The translations under genes were made by a program, and so were the position numbers. DNA of 64,000 bases from Candidatus Falkowbacteria bacterium (lineage in GTDB: Bacteria; Patescibacteriota; Patescibacteriia; CAIXNZ01), in contig CAVZGV010000004.1 in the NCBI GenBank assembly GCA_963774955.1, positions 67,522 through 131,521 of the forward strand, read 5' to 3'. The notes under the pieces are model-generated. The model saw only the letters and a list, made by a program, of their open reading frames with translations. It was not told where the DNA came from and searched no databases. Shown piece after piece: positions 47,838 to 57,891 of this stretch; the stretch's first letter is position 1, and the number at the start of each line of letters is the position of its first letter.

Positions 47838-48581
47838 ATGCAAGACCAAATTAACATTCTCAAACAATTAGGCCTTAATGAAAACGAAGCTAAGTTCTAC
47901 TTGGCTGCTTTGGAATTGGGACCGACTACAATACTTAAATTATCAAAAAAAACCGGCCTGCAAAGGAGCTCTATCTATGAATTTATGGATAATTTGCTAG
48001 AAAAAGGGGTTATTGAGACTGTAATTTCAGGCAAAAGAAAGCTCTATAAAGGCGCTGAACCTGAAAAACTTAAACATTTATTAAAACGGCAAGAGGAATT
48101 ATTGGATTCCATTATCCCTGAACTTTCAGCCTTAATGAATAAAGGAATCCAGCGACCTAAAATTATGCTTTTTGAGGGCACAGAAGGCATAAAAAGAGTA
48201 TATGAGGATTTATTGGATCAACCTGAAGGTTCTGAGTTTGTCGCCTTTACTAGCGTAGAAGATATTATGAGTGTTATATCCGAATCATATAAAGCCAGCT
48301 TTTTAAACCGCAGAACCAAAAGGAATATTTCCGTCAAAGTAATATTAAAAACAGATAAATTTTCTAAAGAATATATAGCAGACAATAAAAAAGAGATAAG
48401 AGAAACTAAAGCTGTTAGCAAAAAAGATTTTCCATTATCCAATGAAATTAATATTTATCAGAATAAGGTGGGTGTATTATCATTTGGAGATGAAAAAATA
48501 GGAGTAATCATTGAATCACCCCAGATAGCCAATTCCATGCGGGCTATTTTTAATTTATTATGGGCCAATTTAAAAAGTTAA
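47838..48581 (+). CDS. TrmB-family transcriptional regulator (N-terminal wHTH)
   Basis: ILKQLGLNENEAKFYLAALELGPTTILKLSKKTGLQRSSIYEFMDNLLEKG. Confidence 0.6.
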   Translation: MQDQINILKQLGLNENEAKFYLAALELGPTTILKLSKKTGLQRSSIYEFMDNLLEKGVIETVISGKRKLYKGAEPEKLKHLLKRQEELLDSIIPELSALMNKGIQRPKIMLFEGTEGIKRVYEDLLDQPEGSEFVAFTSVEDIMSVISESYKASFLNRRTKRNISVKVILKTDKFSKEYIADNKKEIRETKAVSKKDFPLSNEINIYQNKVGVLSFGDEKIGVIIESPQIANSMRAIFNLLWANLKS

Positions 48582-48608
48582 CATCCGTTTAAATTTTAAA
48601 TTAGAAAA

Positions 48609-48642
48609 GCCTCCCGCATGTTTGCGGGAGGCTTTTGGTTTA
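48609..48642. terminator. bidirectional terminator
   Basis: aaaagcctcccgcaaacatgcgggaggctttt. Confidence 0.7.
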
Positions 48643-49848
48643 GCCTTGAATCCTGATGCCATCACTCGGTCTGGCGCAAAAGGACATAGGCATGATTTCA
48701 CTGATTTCAGCTTCAATTGGACTTAGAGAGTCCAATATGCATTTCTGCTTCAGTTCTGCGGGTTTCAAGGTTGTGATATCAACCGCATGAAATTTACTGA
48801 GCTTTTTCTTAATTTCGTACAAATAAGTACGAAAGTCGCCCAAAAGTCCAAGGGCTGAGTTGAACTTTTTATCTTCGGGACCACGCAGGATTTCCATGAT
48901 TTTGTACAGCAAAGCTGCAACTTCCTGCGTAAAATCTTCTGTGGCTGTCGGTACAAAATTAAGGCCTGCCAAGGCCTTGAGGATGCCGATGGCTGTAAAC
49001 TCAATGTTTTGCTTGCCGATCCCACTGATGTGAGTTTTGCCATCAACTACCACGACACTGACAGAAACTTCTTTAACCGGTTCCTGAACAGGCTCTTCAA
49101 CAAGATCAACAAGCTCATAAATTTCACCCTCAAGATCCGCCTCATAGTCCTTAATCAGATTAAGTAAATGAGGTTTGGTCTTGAAGCGTGGCAAGGTTTT
49201 CTTGATCAAAGTTGTGAGCTCGTCAACGTTTGTTTTGATACCTGACTCCGGCAGATATTTTACTATCAGCCGGTTCAAATCTTCAGCAAAGACCCAGCGT
49301 TGTCTGTCACGCAAGGAGACTGATTCCGGGAAACGCCGACTGGGCAGCATGGCCAACTTAATCAATGAACGGAGCAAGTCTTCACGTTCAATCTTTTCCA
49401 GTTCTTCGACGGGGATATCTGGCTTAAACTGGTCCGTGGAAATTTCTTCATTGCAATCAAGAAAATTCCTTAAATGGCGAAATGACTCCAGACTGTTTTG
49501 GTCATACCACATCACATCAGCGGCAATTTGGCCATAGCTGACTGTCGGGTGATCAGGATCGGTGAAAAATTCATATAAAATCTTCTCCAGATCTTCCCAC
49601 ATATCAATGGGCGCCCGACTTTGGTATAGGGCATAGGCCATCAGTTTCCAGCCTTCATTAAAAATGGAGGCGGCTAAGGCCCGATGTTCCTCACCATGTG
49701 TAGCACTAAGCCTGGCATTTTCAATGAATTCTGACCACAGGATTCCATGATTTAGGTCCACGAAAAACCGTTGCAGAAATTCACGAAAAAGAATCAGGCT
49801 ATATTCCTTTTCAATAGCATTCTTATCATCAAAAACCTGCATATTCAT
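48640..49848 (-). CDS. hypothetical protein (402 aa)
   Basis: long ORF, intermediate GC. Confidence 0.45.
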   Translation of the reverse strand: MNMQVFDDKNAIEKEYSLILFREFLQRFFVDLNHGILWSEFIENARLSATHGEEHRALAASIFNEGWKLMAYALYQSRAPIDMWEDLEKILYEFFTDPDHPTVSYGQIAADVMWYDQNSLESFRHLRNFLDCNEEISTDQFKPDIPVEELEKIEREDLLRSLIKLAMLPSRRFPESVSLRDRQRWVFAEDLNRLIVKYLPESGIKTNVDELTTLIKKTLPRFKTKPHLLNLIKDYEADLEGEIYELVDLVEEPVQEPVKEVSVSVVVVDGKTHISGIGKQNIEFTAIGILKALAGLNFVPTATEDFTQEVAALLYKIMEILRGPEDKKFNSALGLLGDFRTYLYEIKKKLSKFHAVDITTLKPAELKQKCILDSLSPIEAEISEIMPMSFCARPSDGIRIQG

Positions 49849-50511
49849 ATTTGGCTCCTTTCTTAGATAAAATGTACAGAATAATACCTAAACACAATGT
49901 TTTGGGATTAATTAGTATATCATATTTTACCGATTTGTCAAGTCAATAACATTGACACAAAGTTTTCCCCAGTAGATACTTTTATATTATACATTAGCCT
50001 GCTAAACTATAATTAAAGGGGGAAATTGGTTCCTCCTAACTAAAAACCGAGGAGGTAAGTCTTGAGAAATGGCCATTTGCGTTCGCGGGCTCGAATGTAT
50101 CAGAACATGAAGTATGCGGCATCAAAGCGACAGCAAAAAGGGAACCATCTCAAAACAAGGAGGTTTTAGAAACCGAGAAACCAAAACAAGGGGGTATTTA
50201 ATGAAAAAGATCGGATGCCAACCCCGAAAGATTCTCAACGTTCAAAACAGAAATTGCCCGGTAGGGTAAAGGAGGTGATCCAATCTAGGGGCGATCCCCC
50301 CATTGGGCCTATAGATATCTAAAAAATATCTATGGTTACCTGATGTCCAATAGAAAGGATGTACCACCTATTTTTCCGCTCAATCATAAAAGCCGTCCCG
50401 TACGCGGGGCGGCTTTTTCTTGACTTTATTCAATATTATTGTTAATTTTGACTCAGATTTACATGTGCTCTTTTGCATCATACATTTGGACTTTTCCAAA
50501 GGAGGAAAAAA

Positions 50512-51216
50512 ATGAAAAAGAATCTTGGCGTTGCAGGTTTGATCATGGCGTTGCTGATATTTTTCACTAGCACTGCCATGGCCCAGGAACAAGCCAATCC
50601 GGCAAAATTTGGCTTCAAAGTCAATATTGGCTTCGCGGTTGAAGCCTATTATCTAATGATGGATATTCCCAACGAAGTGCTGACAGTGCCTGCCAATCCG
50701 GCTGACAGCTCCACAGGTTCTACCAGCACTGAATTACCTTCAAGTATTAATTATGCCGTTAAGCTAAATCTGAGGGCATATTTCTTCGGCACTGAGGATA
50801 TTCAGCTTTACGGCGGAGTTGACTTTGGCATCAGCCCCGTAGTGACAGGTTATCGCCAGGGAATCTATGCCACTGAACTTTCTAACTACGGTGGCGAATC
50901 ATATGCCTATAGTCAGCTGATTCCGTCCAATTACTCAATTGCGCCTGTACTGGGGCTCCAATATTACCTGCTTGTCTTTGAGGTAAGCTTCCCCAATACA
51001 AGTTTTACCTTGGAGACAGGTAATGATCGCTGGGGCAGTTGGGAAAAAGTCAACAGCTTTGAATGGCAAGGCTTTGGCCAAAGGTATATGCTGGGCTTTA
51101 ATGTTTTGGATGATTTTCAACTCGGCCTTTACTATGAGCATTATCAGCCTGACTTTGACGGTCAGCAGTCGGACTTCAACATCATTGGTCTGAGACTAGC
51201 CTACTATTTTCTATAA
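50512..51216 (+). CDS. secreted beta-rich protein (signal peptide, porin-like alternating pattern)
   Basis: signal peptide MKKNLGVAGLIMALLIFFTSTAMA; flanked on both sides by identical hairpins aaaagccgtcccgtacgcggggcggcttttt (50388-50418, 51222-51252). Confidence 0.5.
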   Translation: MKKNLGVAGLIMALLIFFTSTAMAQEQANPAKFGFKVNIGFAVEAYYLMMDIPNEVLTVPANPADSSTGSTSTELPSSINYAVKLNLRAYFFGTEDIQLYGGVDFGISPVVTGYRQGIYATELSNYGGESYAYSQLIPSNYSIAPVLGLQYYLLVFEVSFPNTSFTLETGNDRWGSWEKVNSFEWQGFGQRYMLGFNVLDDFQLGLYYEHYQPDFDGQQSDFNIIGLRLAYYFL

Positions 51217-51464
51217 ATTTAAAAGCCGTCCCGTACGCGGGGCGGCTTTTTCTATTTATTTGGAAAATGTTTTTACAAACGTCCTACAGATTCCCTTGAA
51301 GTAATCAGTGCAGTCTTCTTCAGGTACCAGCTGATAAAGACGACTCCATTTTTCTTTCGGAGAAGCAGGGGAGAGCATAACCAGATAAATCTGGCCCAGC
51401 GCTTACTGAGCGATTTTAAAATTCTGTGGCAACTTTATATAGCCTAATATAACTTCATATAACT

Positions 51465-52538
51465 TTATACAACCTTTTCAAATATAATAATTGAACGCCA
51501 GACAAATTGTTTTTCCCTAAAGTATAAAAGATCTTCTTGATTTGTTGGCTGAAAGCCCAACTTTTCAATTTGCGTTAAAATTTCAATTTTACTTTGATGA
51601 TTTCTGAGATTATAAATCGGGAAAACCATAACCACTTTACCGCCCTTGACCAAGACTTTACTGAATTGCACAAAAGCCTCTAAATATAAGGACTCCAGTA
51701 TTTGAACAGTATTTTCAATCTGTTCCCGACTTTCATTGCCTCTGACCGGCGGCCCCAAAAACGGTTCGGTTACAATCGCCTCAATTGAATTAGCCTTAAA
51801 TTTTAAACTCAAATCCTTAACATCCAACTTCATTACTTTAGACTTTTCCGCCGAAGGCGGATCCGCCTCTGGCGGAAGACTTTCTACTTTAGACTTATTT
51901 AAAAGCCAGTCCAAATTTTTCTTTGTATCCTCAATCGCCCTGTCACTGTTATCCGTTCCAATTAAATTTCTATAACCCAAAACAATCGCTTCCTGCAAAA
52001 TCGTGCCTGAACCGCAAAACGGATCCAGAATCACAGCTTCAGGTTTAACCTGCGCCAAATTAATCATCATGCGCGCCAGTTTTGGCGGCAACATGCCGGA
52101 AACCTGATCCCGGCCAGGGCGGCTAAAATCACGACTGCCAAATTCTTCAAAAGCCTGCACAGCCAAGGTCTGGCCCATGGTAACGATTCCCTGATCAATA
52201 AAAAAACAAAGTTCAGCTCCGTTTTTAAGTAATTTATTCTTGGCTACAATAACTGAAGATAATTCCGGTTCTTTGGCCACCACATAACGGGAACTGATAT
52301 TTTTTTCATCGCGTAAAATTGATTTGATTTCCATGGCAATGGCAGTCATCTTTTTTTGAATAGCCTGAATATTCATCTTTGGTGATAGGGGATAGAAGCT
52401 AAAGCCAAAATAAAACTTGGCTTGTTCAAATTTAACCAGCTTAAAGAAATTATCCTGAAATTCATCAAGGTCCCCCATAGTCGCCAAAATCTTGCCGATC
52501 TTAACTGTCCCGCCCAAACGGCTGTTTAGCCAATTCAA
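51465..52538 (-). CDS. class I SAM-dependent RNA methyltransferase (THUMP-type; UPF0020/RlmL/Trm11-like) carrying an in-frame REP insertion
   Basis: DPFCGSGTILQEA motif I and TEPF motif IV; N-terminal part appears split off into ORF 52501..52719. Confidence 0.6.
   Translation of the reverse strand: MNWLNSRLGGTVKIGKILATMGDLDEFQDNFFKLVKFEQAKFYFGFSFYPLSPKMNIQAIQKKMTAIAMEIKSILRDEKNISSRYVVAKEPELSSVIVAKNKLLKNGAELCFFIDQGIVTMGQTLAVQAFEEFGSRDFSRPGRDQVSGMLPPKLARMMINLAQVKPEAVILDPFCGSGTILQEAIVLGYRNLIGTDNSDRAIEDTKKNLDWLLNKSKVESLPPEADPPSAEKSKVMKLDVKDLSLKFKANSIEAIVTEPFLGPPVRGNESREQIENTVQILESLYLEAFVQFSKVLVKGGKVVMVFPIYNLRNHQSKIEILTQIEKLGFQPTNQEDLLYFREKQFVWRSIIIFEKVV
51847..51875. repeat. REP-like hairpin doublet inserted in frame within methyltransferase CDS
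   Basis: TCCGCCGAAGGCGGATCCGCCTCTGGCGGA flanked by imperfect 12-bp direct repeat tactttag(g)actt; encodes ESLPPEADPPSAEKS between duplicated KSKV. Confidence 0.85.
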
Positions 52539-52719
52539 TATCCAGCTCGTTCTCTGTTTCTAAAACCAAAATCCTATCATAAAACTTTATGACTTTATAA
52601 CTTATAGCTTTCGAAGCCAAGACTGCTTCGATTTCGGCTTTGGATAATATGGGGTTTTTTCCAAGAATGAAAAAATATTGCATATTGTTTATTTCTAACT
52701 TCCAAATATCAAGCATCAA
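52501..52719 (-). pseudogene. N-terminal fragment of the methyltransferase gene separated by a frame break
   Basis: ORF overlaps 51465..52538 by 38 nt in a different frame. Confidence 0.4.
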
Positions 52720-52823
52720 ATCTCAAATAAATTACAGTGATCAAATTACAAATTACAAACATTTGTTATTTATTATTTGAAATTTGAGATTTATTTGCAA
52801 TTTGGACTTTGTTATTTGTTCTT

Positions 52824-53636
52824 TTATAGTGGGCTCTTAATGTTTTTTAAAGCTAAATTGGTCAGATGAGTATAAATTTGCGTTGTTCTGATATTAGCAT
52901 GGCCAAGCAGTTCCTGTACATAGCGAACATCCACGCCGTTTTCCAGCAGGTGAGTGGCAAAGCTATGGCGCAGGGAATGAAAAGTGGCATCATTTTTTAT
53001 CCCAACTTTTTCTTTTGCTCGTTCAAAAATAATCTGCGCTGTTCGTTCAGTCAGATGGCCACCGCGTTCGCTGGTGATTAAATAATCATCGGCTTGTTTC
53101 CCGGCCATGAACTGTGTTATCTGATCTTTCAATTTATCAGGAATAATGGTAATTCTATCTTTTTGGCCCTTGGCCTGGCGGATATTTAATTGCAAGCCAG
53201 GCAAATCAATATCTTTTATTTTCAATCTGATAATCTCTGAAACCCGCAAACCGGCGCCGTAAGTTAAGGCAATCATCAGGCGATGTTTAGGATTGGCTAT
53301 TGATTCAATAATTTTGGCGATATCTTCCCTTGAAAGTATAACCGGCAAACGCTTGGGTTTTTTGGAATATTTGAGATTCAGTTTAAAAGGGACTTTGACG
53401 ATATTTTCGTAAAAAAATTTAATGGCATTGAGGTAAACATTTATGGTCTGCCCGGCCAAACCCGCGTCTTTTTTCTTGATTAAATATTCCTTAACCTTAA
53501 ATTCATCATATTTATCATAATTTTCGCCAAGATAGGCAAAATAATCCTTCAGGCACCCCAAATAACTATCAACCGTCTGCGGACTGTAATTTCTGTACTT
53601 TAATTCAATTTTTACCTTATCCAAATATTCTTGCAT
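52824..53636 (-). CDS. tyrosine site-specific recombinase (XerC/XerD / phage integrase family)
   Basis: box I ..GLRVSE.., box II HSLRHSFATHLLENGVDVRYVQELLGHANIRTTQIYTHL. Confidence 0.8.
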   Translation of the reverse strand: MQEYLDKVKIELKYRNYSPQTVDSYLGCLKDYFAYLGENYDKYDEFKVKEYLIKKKDAGLAGQTINVYLNAIKFFYENIVKVPFKLNLKYSKKPKRLPVILSREDIAKIIESIANPKHRLMIALTYGAGLRVSEIIRLKIKDIDLPGLQLNIRQAKGQKDRITIIPDKLKDQITQFMAGKQADDYLITSERGGHLTERTAQIIFERAKEKVGIKNDATFHSLRHSFATHLLENGVDVRYVQELLGHANIRTTQIYTHLTNLALKNIKSPL

Positions 53637-53829
53637 TAAGGGGTTTTTTATAATAAGATTAAAGTAATTAAATTATATCATACAACTCGTTTCTGTCGCC
53701 AAATCGCGCATCAAAAACGAAATGTATGCGCATAGAAACGAGTTATATGAAATATGCTTTTCTTTTTTCGGCTATAACCCGAATCGGGTAAAAATCTTTC
53801 AATTTAATTCCTTCGACTATTTCTAATTT

Positions 53830-54555
53830 ATGTTAGAAAATTTTGAATCAAAAGCTCCTGATTATCAGGTAGAACATCTTCCAGACTCCGATATTGTATT
53901 AAATATGAACTATGGTGGGTTCGATGACCAGGCGCATCTATTAGAAACACTTAGGGGATCGGGTAGTATTGATGACAAAATTGATCAGTTTAAAAAAAAG
54001 CGTGAGGAAGACAGCAAGCTACAGTATTTTATTAAACAGAAAAAATATACAGCCAAAGCAATATCTGAAGGTATCGCCAAGCGACAAGGATTTGAAAGCG
54101 CCGCAGAGATTGGTTTACGTAGTGTGCTTAATGAAATACTTTTATCGAAGAGAATAAAAGAAATTATTGCAACGGACGAGGCTCAGGAGATTGTCAGAAA
54201 GCACGGTTTTGGGGGGCTTCGCTTTGTCATGCCAATTGCCGGTGTTATCGCAAGGGATGGCAGAAAATTCTTAGTTTACAAGAACATTAAGTCTAAAGAA
54301 GTTTATGAATTCGAATCAGAGGGTTCATTCGATCTTAATTACGGGTTACCAACTGAAGTTAGGGATGATATTGAAAGCAAACTAAGGAACTTATACTCCA
54401 TAGCTGCAGAATTAGACAAAGTGTTTTTTGATAACGGGATCCATGCCAACGATATTAGAGATAATCAATTTATGTTGACCAAACAAGGTGACAAGTACCT
54501 TTTAAATTTGATCGATGTAGAGGCTTATCGAAAACGAACTCGGTCGGTCGAATAA
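53830..54555 (+). CDS. hypothetical protein
   Basis: ORF track 241 aa. Confidence 0.4.
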   Translation: MLENFESKAPDYQVEHLPDSDIVLNMNYGGFDDQAHLLETLRGSGSIDDKIDQFKKKREEDSKLQYFIKQKKYTAKAISEGIAKRQGFESAAEIGLRSVLNEILLSKRIKEIIATDEAQEIVRKHGFGGLRFVMPIAGVIARDGRKFLVYKNIKSKEVYEFESEGSFDLNYGLPTEVRDDIESKLRNLYSIAAELDKVFFDNGIHANDIRDNQFMLTKQGDKYLLNLIDVEAYRKRTRSVE

Positions 54556-54705
54556 TTAATTATTCATGAGAAATGTTGGATTCCAGATCGCTAAGAGAAG
54601 TAAATTTGAAAGATTTTTTACCCGCATCCCGTTGCGGCGGGAAAAAAGAAAAGAATACATCGCTTGTGATATAATTTATTTACCAAATATTTAACCAATA
54701 TAACG

Positions 54706-56136
54706 ATGAAATCACCAGAACAAGGGCTTAACCCGGAAGGTAAATCTATTGAGGTAGAGAAAACGGAAGTGCTCCGTAATGAGTATAAAAACCTAATGGG
54801 TGACTACCAAAGACTATACAGGGAAATAATAAAACTTGAACGGAAACATCCACTAGAACGTCGAGATGAGGCTGTTCAGTGGGAGATATTGGAAATTGAT
54901 AAGGAGCGCAATCAAATACATCAAAAACTTAATAGAATTGCTGAGCAAGTAGGCAGGACAAAAGAAGATGTTATCGTTGACATGGTCAGGTGGCAAAAAA
55001 GTTTAAAAGAATTTGGATTGCCAGAATTTTCGGTCTTGGATAGTGGTGATATGATAGAATCATTTGGGTCAACGTATTTTAACATTGCACTCCAACTTGA
55101 TCGGCCACAGTTCCATGAAAAAAGGGAAACTGTGTTGGGCGAGCCATTTTTGAAAGGATCTGAAGATGAAGAAAAACACTCTAAACCAGTAATCGCTGAT
55201 GATGAGTTATTGATTGTCTTTTCAATAAATACTATATTACCAAAATTTGGATATCCTAGAGGATATGGCATGCTGGAAGAAAAAAAACCGTTCGATTATG
55301 ACGAAAGAATAGCTAGGGCAAAGAATTTGGCTAAAAAAACGAATGGAAAATTTTTTATTAATACACAAGGCAGTCATCACGAATCAGATGCAAACGTCAT
55401 GGGAGTTGTTATCCCTAAAAAAAACTTAGAAAAAGTGGCTGGGGTCATTCGCAATGATCCAGAAAAGTTTAGGTTAGGAGAACAGTTTTATACAGACTCA
55501 ACGCTACAAGAATTAAGAACGAAGAAAAAGGAAGAGGATATACAACGAGAGAAAGAACTTCAGGAAGATGAAAAGCTATGGAGAAAAGACTTTAATAAGG
55601 AGTATCCACACTTTGCGGAACAATGTAATGAAATCGAGAGTAGTTTCGGTTCTCTATCTCTGTGGGTAGACAACCTACGAGCAATTACTGATAATCCCAG
55701 CACAAAAAGTGTATTACAAAATTACGAGGAATTGCGCAAAAAATATAGAAATCTAAAAACAGCTATAGATGAATACCGATCGGGTCGAAAATCTTGGTAT
55801 AATCTTGCCTTGGACGAAGGAAATCCACCCGCAAATTATTTTAGTGCAAACATCCGTGAGATGGAGTGGATGCTCGCAGAATTATCCAAAGATAAAGAGA
55901 TAGAATTGCTACAAGAAAAAGCAAAACGTCTTAAAGATTGGCGAACTAAGGCTGAGTTTAAAAACTTGGCAAGTAAGTTCTCTGTAAAGAAAGGCGACAT
56001 CATGACAGCTTTAAATAAGCTACAAAAATCGCATCCTGAATGGACTGACAACCGATTAGAACCAAATGGTGATATAGTCAATGTCTATTCACCTGAATTT
56101 TTTGACGCATTAATCAAACAATTGGAAACCAAATGA
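54706..56136 (+). CDS. hypothetical coiled-coil protein (Lys/Glu-rich)
   Basis: ORF track 476 aa. Confidence 0.4.
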   Translation: MKSPEQGLNPEGKSIEVEKTEVLRNEYKNLMGDYQRLYREIIKLERKHPLERRDEAVQWEILEIDKERNQIHQKLNRIAEQVGRTKEDVIVDMVRWQKSLKEFGLPEFSVLDSGDMIESFGSTYFNIALQLDRPQFHEKRETVLGEPFLKGSEDEEKHSKPVIADDELLIVFSINTILPKFGYPRGYGMLEEKKPFDYDERIARAKNLAKKTNGKFFINTQGSHHESDANVMGVVIPKKNLEKVAGVIRNDPEKFRLGEQFYTDSTLQELRTKKKEEDIQREKELQEDEKLWRKDFNKEYPHFAEQCNEIESSFGSLSLWVDNLRAITDNPSTKSVLQNYEELRKKYRNLKTAIDEYRSGRKSWYNLALDEGNPPANYFSANIREMEWMLAELSKDKEIELLQEKAKRLKDWRTKAEFKNLASKFSVKKGDIMTALNKLQKSHPEWTDNRLEPNGDIVNVYSPEFFDALIKQLETK

Positions 56137-56542
56137 TTGAAGTGAATTTGTTTTCTGCTAAAGAGAAATAAGGAGTTGGCGGGCCGCAATTCACCCCCTT
56201 TACTTCCCCCTCTTGCGCCCCCACCCAACATTAAAAAAAATAAATTGACCTTGCGGAAAAATTATTTTCTTTCAGAGAATAAAAAGAAAAGCATACATCA
56301 TCTAACACAGTATATCTGGCTACGCTTTTAAATAATTAACCAATTAAAAACAGAAAAGTAAACGCAACGCTCCGCCCATATTGTTCGTCTTAAGATAATC
56401 AAGATATACTATAAAATAACTAATTCAAAACGAACAACATCAGATATACTGAAACGTTAGACGAAATAAATTATTCTTATTTTTAATTTTTGTTAATCGA
56501 TTTGACTTCATCTTCTTAATCTTATATAATCTTATATAGCTA

Positions 56543-57619
56543 ATGTATAAGATTATTTTTATGGCTAAAAATAGACTAAGCACAAGAATAGAAAACATCC
56601 CATCTGAAATTTGGTTAAAAATTAACCAAATTGAGACATTAAATGGACAATGGATTTCGGGGGCGAAATTAGATCCCCAAGTATTAGGTCGACTCAAACG
56701 ATCTGTTTTGATTACCTCAACCGGCGCTTCCACCCGCATCGAAGGCGCAATGTTGTCTGACGAAGATATTGAAAAGATGATGCGAGGACTTTCTGTTCAA
56801 AAATTTACGGATCGAGATGTGCAGGAAGTAAAAGGCTATTATGAGCTTTTGAATAATGTATTTGATTCATGGAAACATACCAAATTCAATGAAAGCACAA
56901 TCAAGCATTTTCACAAAGAACTCTTAAAATATACTGAAAAAGACGAAAAACATCGTGGTGAATACAAAAAACAGGAAAACAAAGTCCACATGATCAACGA
57001 AGCAGGTGAATCTGTTGGCGTGCTTTTTGACACCACGCCCGCTTATCTCACCCCGAAAGAAATGCAGGAGCTAACGGAATGGACGAACGATGCATTGGAA
57101 AATAAAAAATATCATCCGCTACTGACGATCGGCAATTTTTTAGTTGAATTTTTGAATATCCACCCATTTGTTGATGGCAATGGCAGAATTTCACGTGTTC
57201 TTACGAATTTATTGTTGCTCAAAAACGGTTATGAATACATGCCGTATGTTTCGCATGAGAAATTGGTAGAGGATAACAAACCGGAATATTACATTGCGCT
57301 TCGCCGAAGTCAAAAAACGGTTAAAAAAGAAAACGAAAATATTACACCTTGGCTAAATTTCTTTTTAGATATCCTTCTGGAACAGTCAAAACGAGCGGTG
57401 GAATTGCTGTCAAAAGAGAATATTGAGAAACTCCTTTCGCCCAAACAACTGGCTGTTTGGCAGTTTTTAAATACTGTAAATGAAGCCTCTCCAGCAGAAA
57501 TTTCCAAAACAACAAAAGTCGCAAGGCCAACTATCAATCAGGCGGTTGATAAATTATTACGGCTGAAAAAAATTGAACGCATTGGATTAGGAAGAGCCAC
57601 AAGATATAGAAAGATATGA
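56543..57619 (+). CDS. fic: Fic/DOC family protein with C-terminal wHTH
   Basis: Fic motif HPFVDGNGRISR. Confidence 0.85.
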   Translation: MYKIIFMAKNRLSTRIENIPSEIWLKINQIETLNGQWISGAKLDPQVLGRLKRSVLITSTGASTRIEGAMLSDEDIEKMMRGLSVQKFTDRDVQEVKGYYELLNNVFDSWKHTKFNESTIKHFHKELLKYTEKDEKHRGEYKKQENKVHMINEAGESVGVLFDTTPAYLTPKEMQELTEWTNDALENKKYHPLLTIGNFLVEFLNIHPFVDGNGRISRVLTNLLLLKNGYEYMPYVSHEKLVEDNKPEYYIALRRSQKTVKKENENITPWLNFFLDILLEQSKRAVELLSKENIEKLLSPKQLAVWQFLNTVNEASPAEISKTTKVARPTINQAVDKLLRLKKIERIGLGRATRYRKI

Positions 57620-57891
57620 ACAAACCGACTTGGCAGGGTCGCAATTCATTGCTTTTATTCCCCTCTTGCGCCACCGCCAAATGGAATCAAAATTCGCCTT
57701 TAAATAATCGAAGAAAAATTGAAAAATGAAAATAATTTAAATCCGATAACAGCGTGTATGCAGTTCGGGCTTTCCCCGAAAGCCTTCTCCCATATTGCTA
57801 AAGCAACATCGCATACACGCGAACGTTAAGTGAAATATTTGGGCTGCTAAATTAAAACAACCGATTTCTTTTTTTAAAGAGTAAACAAAGT

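Noticed and set aside
50230-50300. AAAGGAGGTGATCCAA resembling the reverse complement of a 16S rRNA 3' end
   Set aside because: Flanking sequence on the minus strand lacks any of the conserved 16S 3'-domain sequence (no GTAACAAGGTA, no anti-SD context beyond the 12-mer); interpreted instead as a strong RBS-like site in a leader region.
52824-53636. Calling the tyrosine recombinase a bona fide integron integrase IntI
   Set aside because: At 270 aa it is too short to contain the IntI-specific additional domain and matches generic Xer/phage-integrase boxes only; kept as XerC/D-like, with the integron-like array flagged as a hypothesis.
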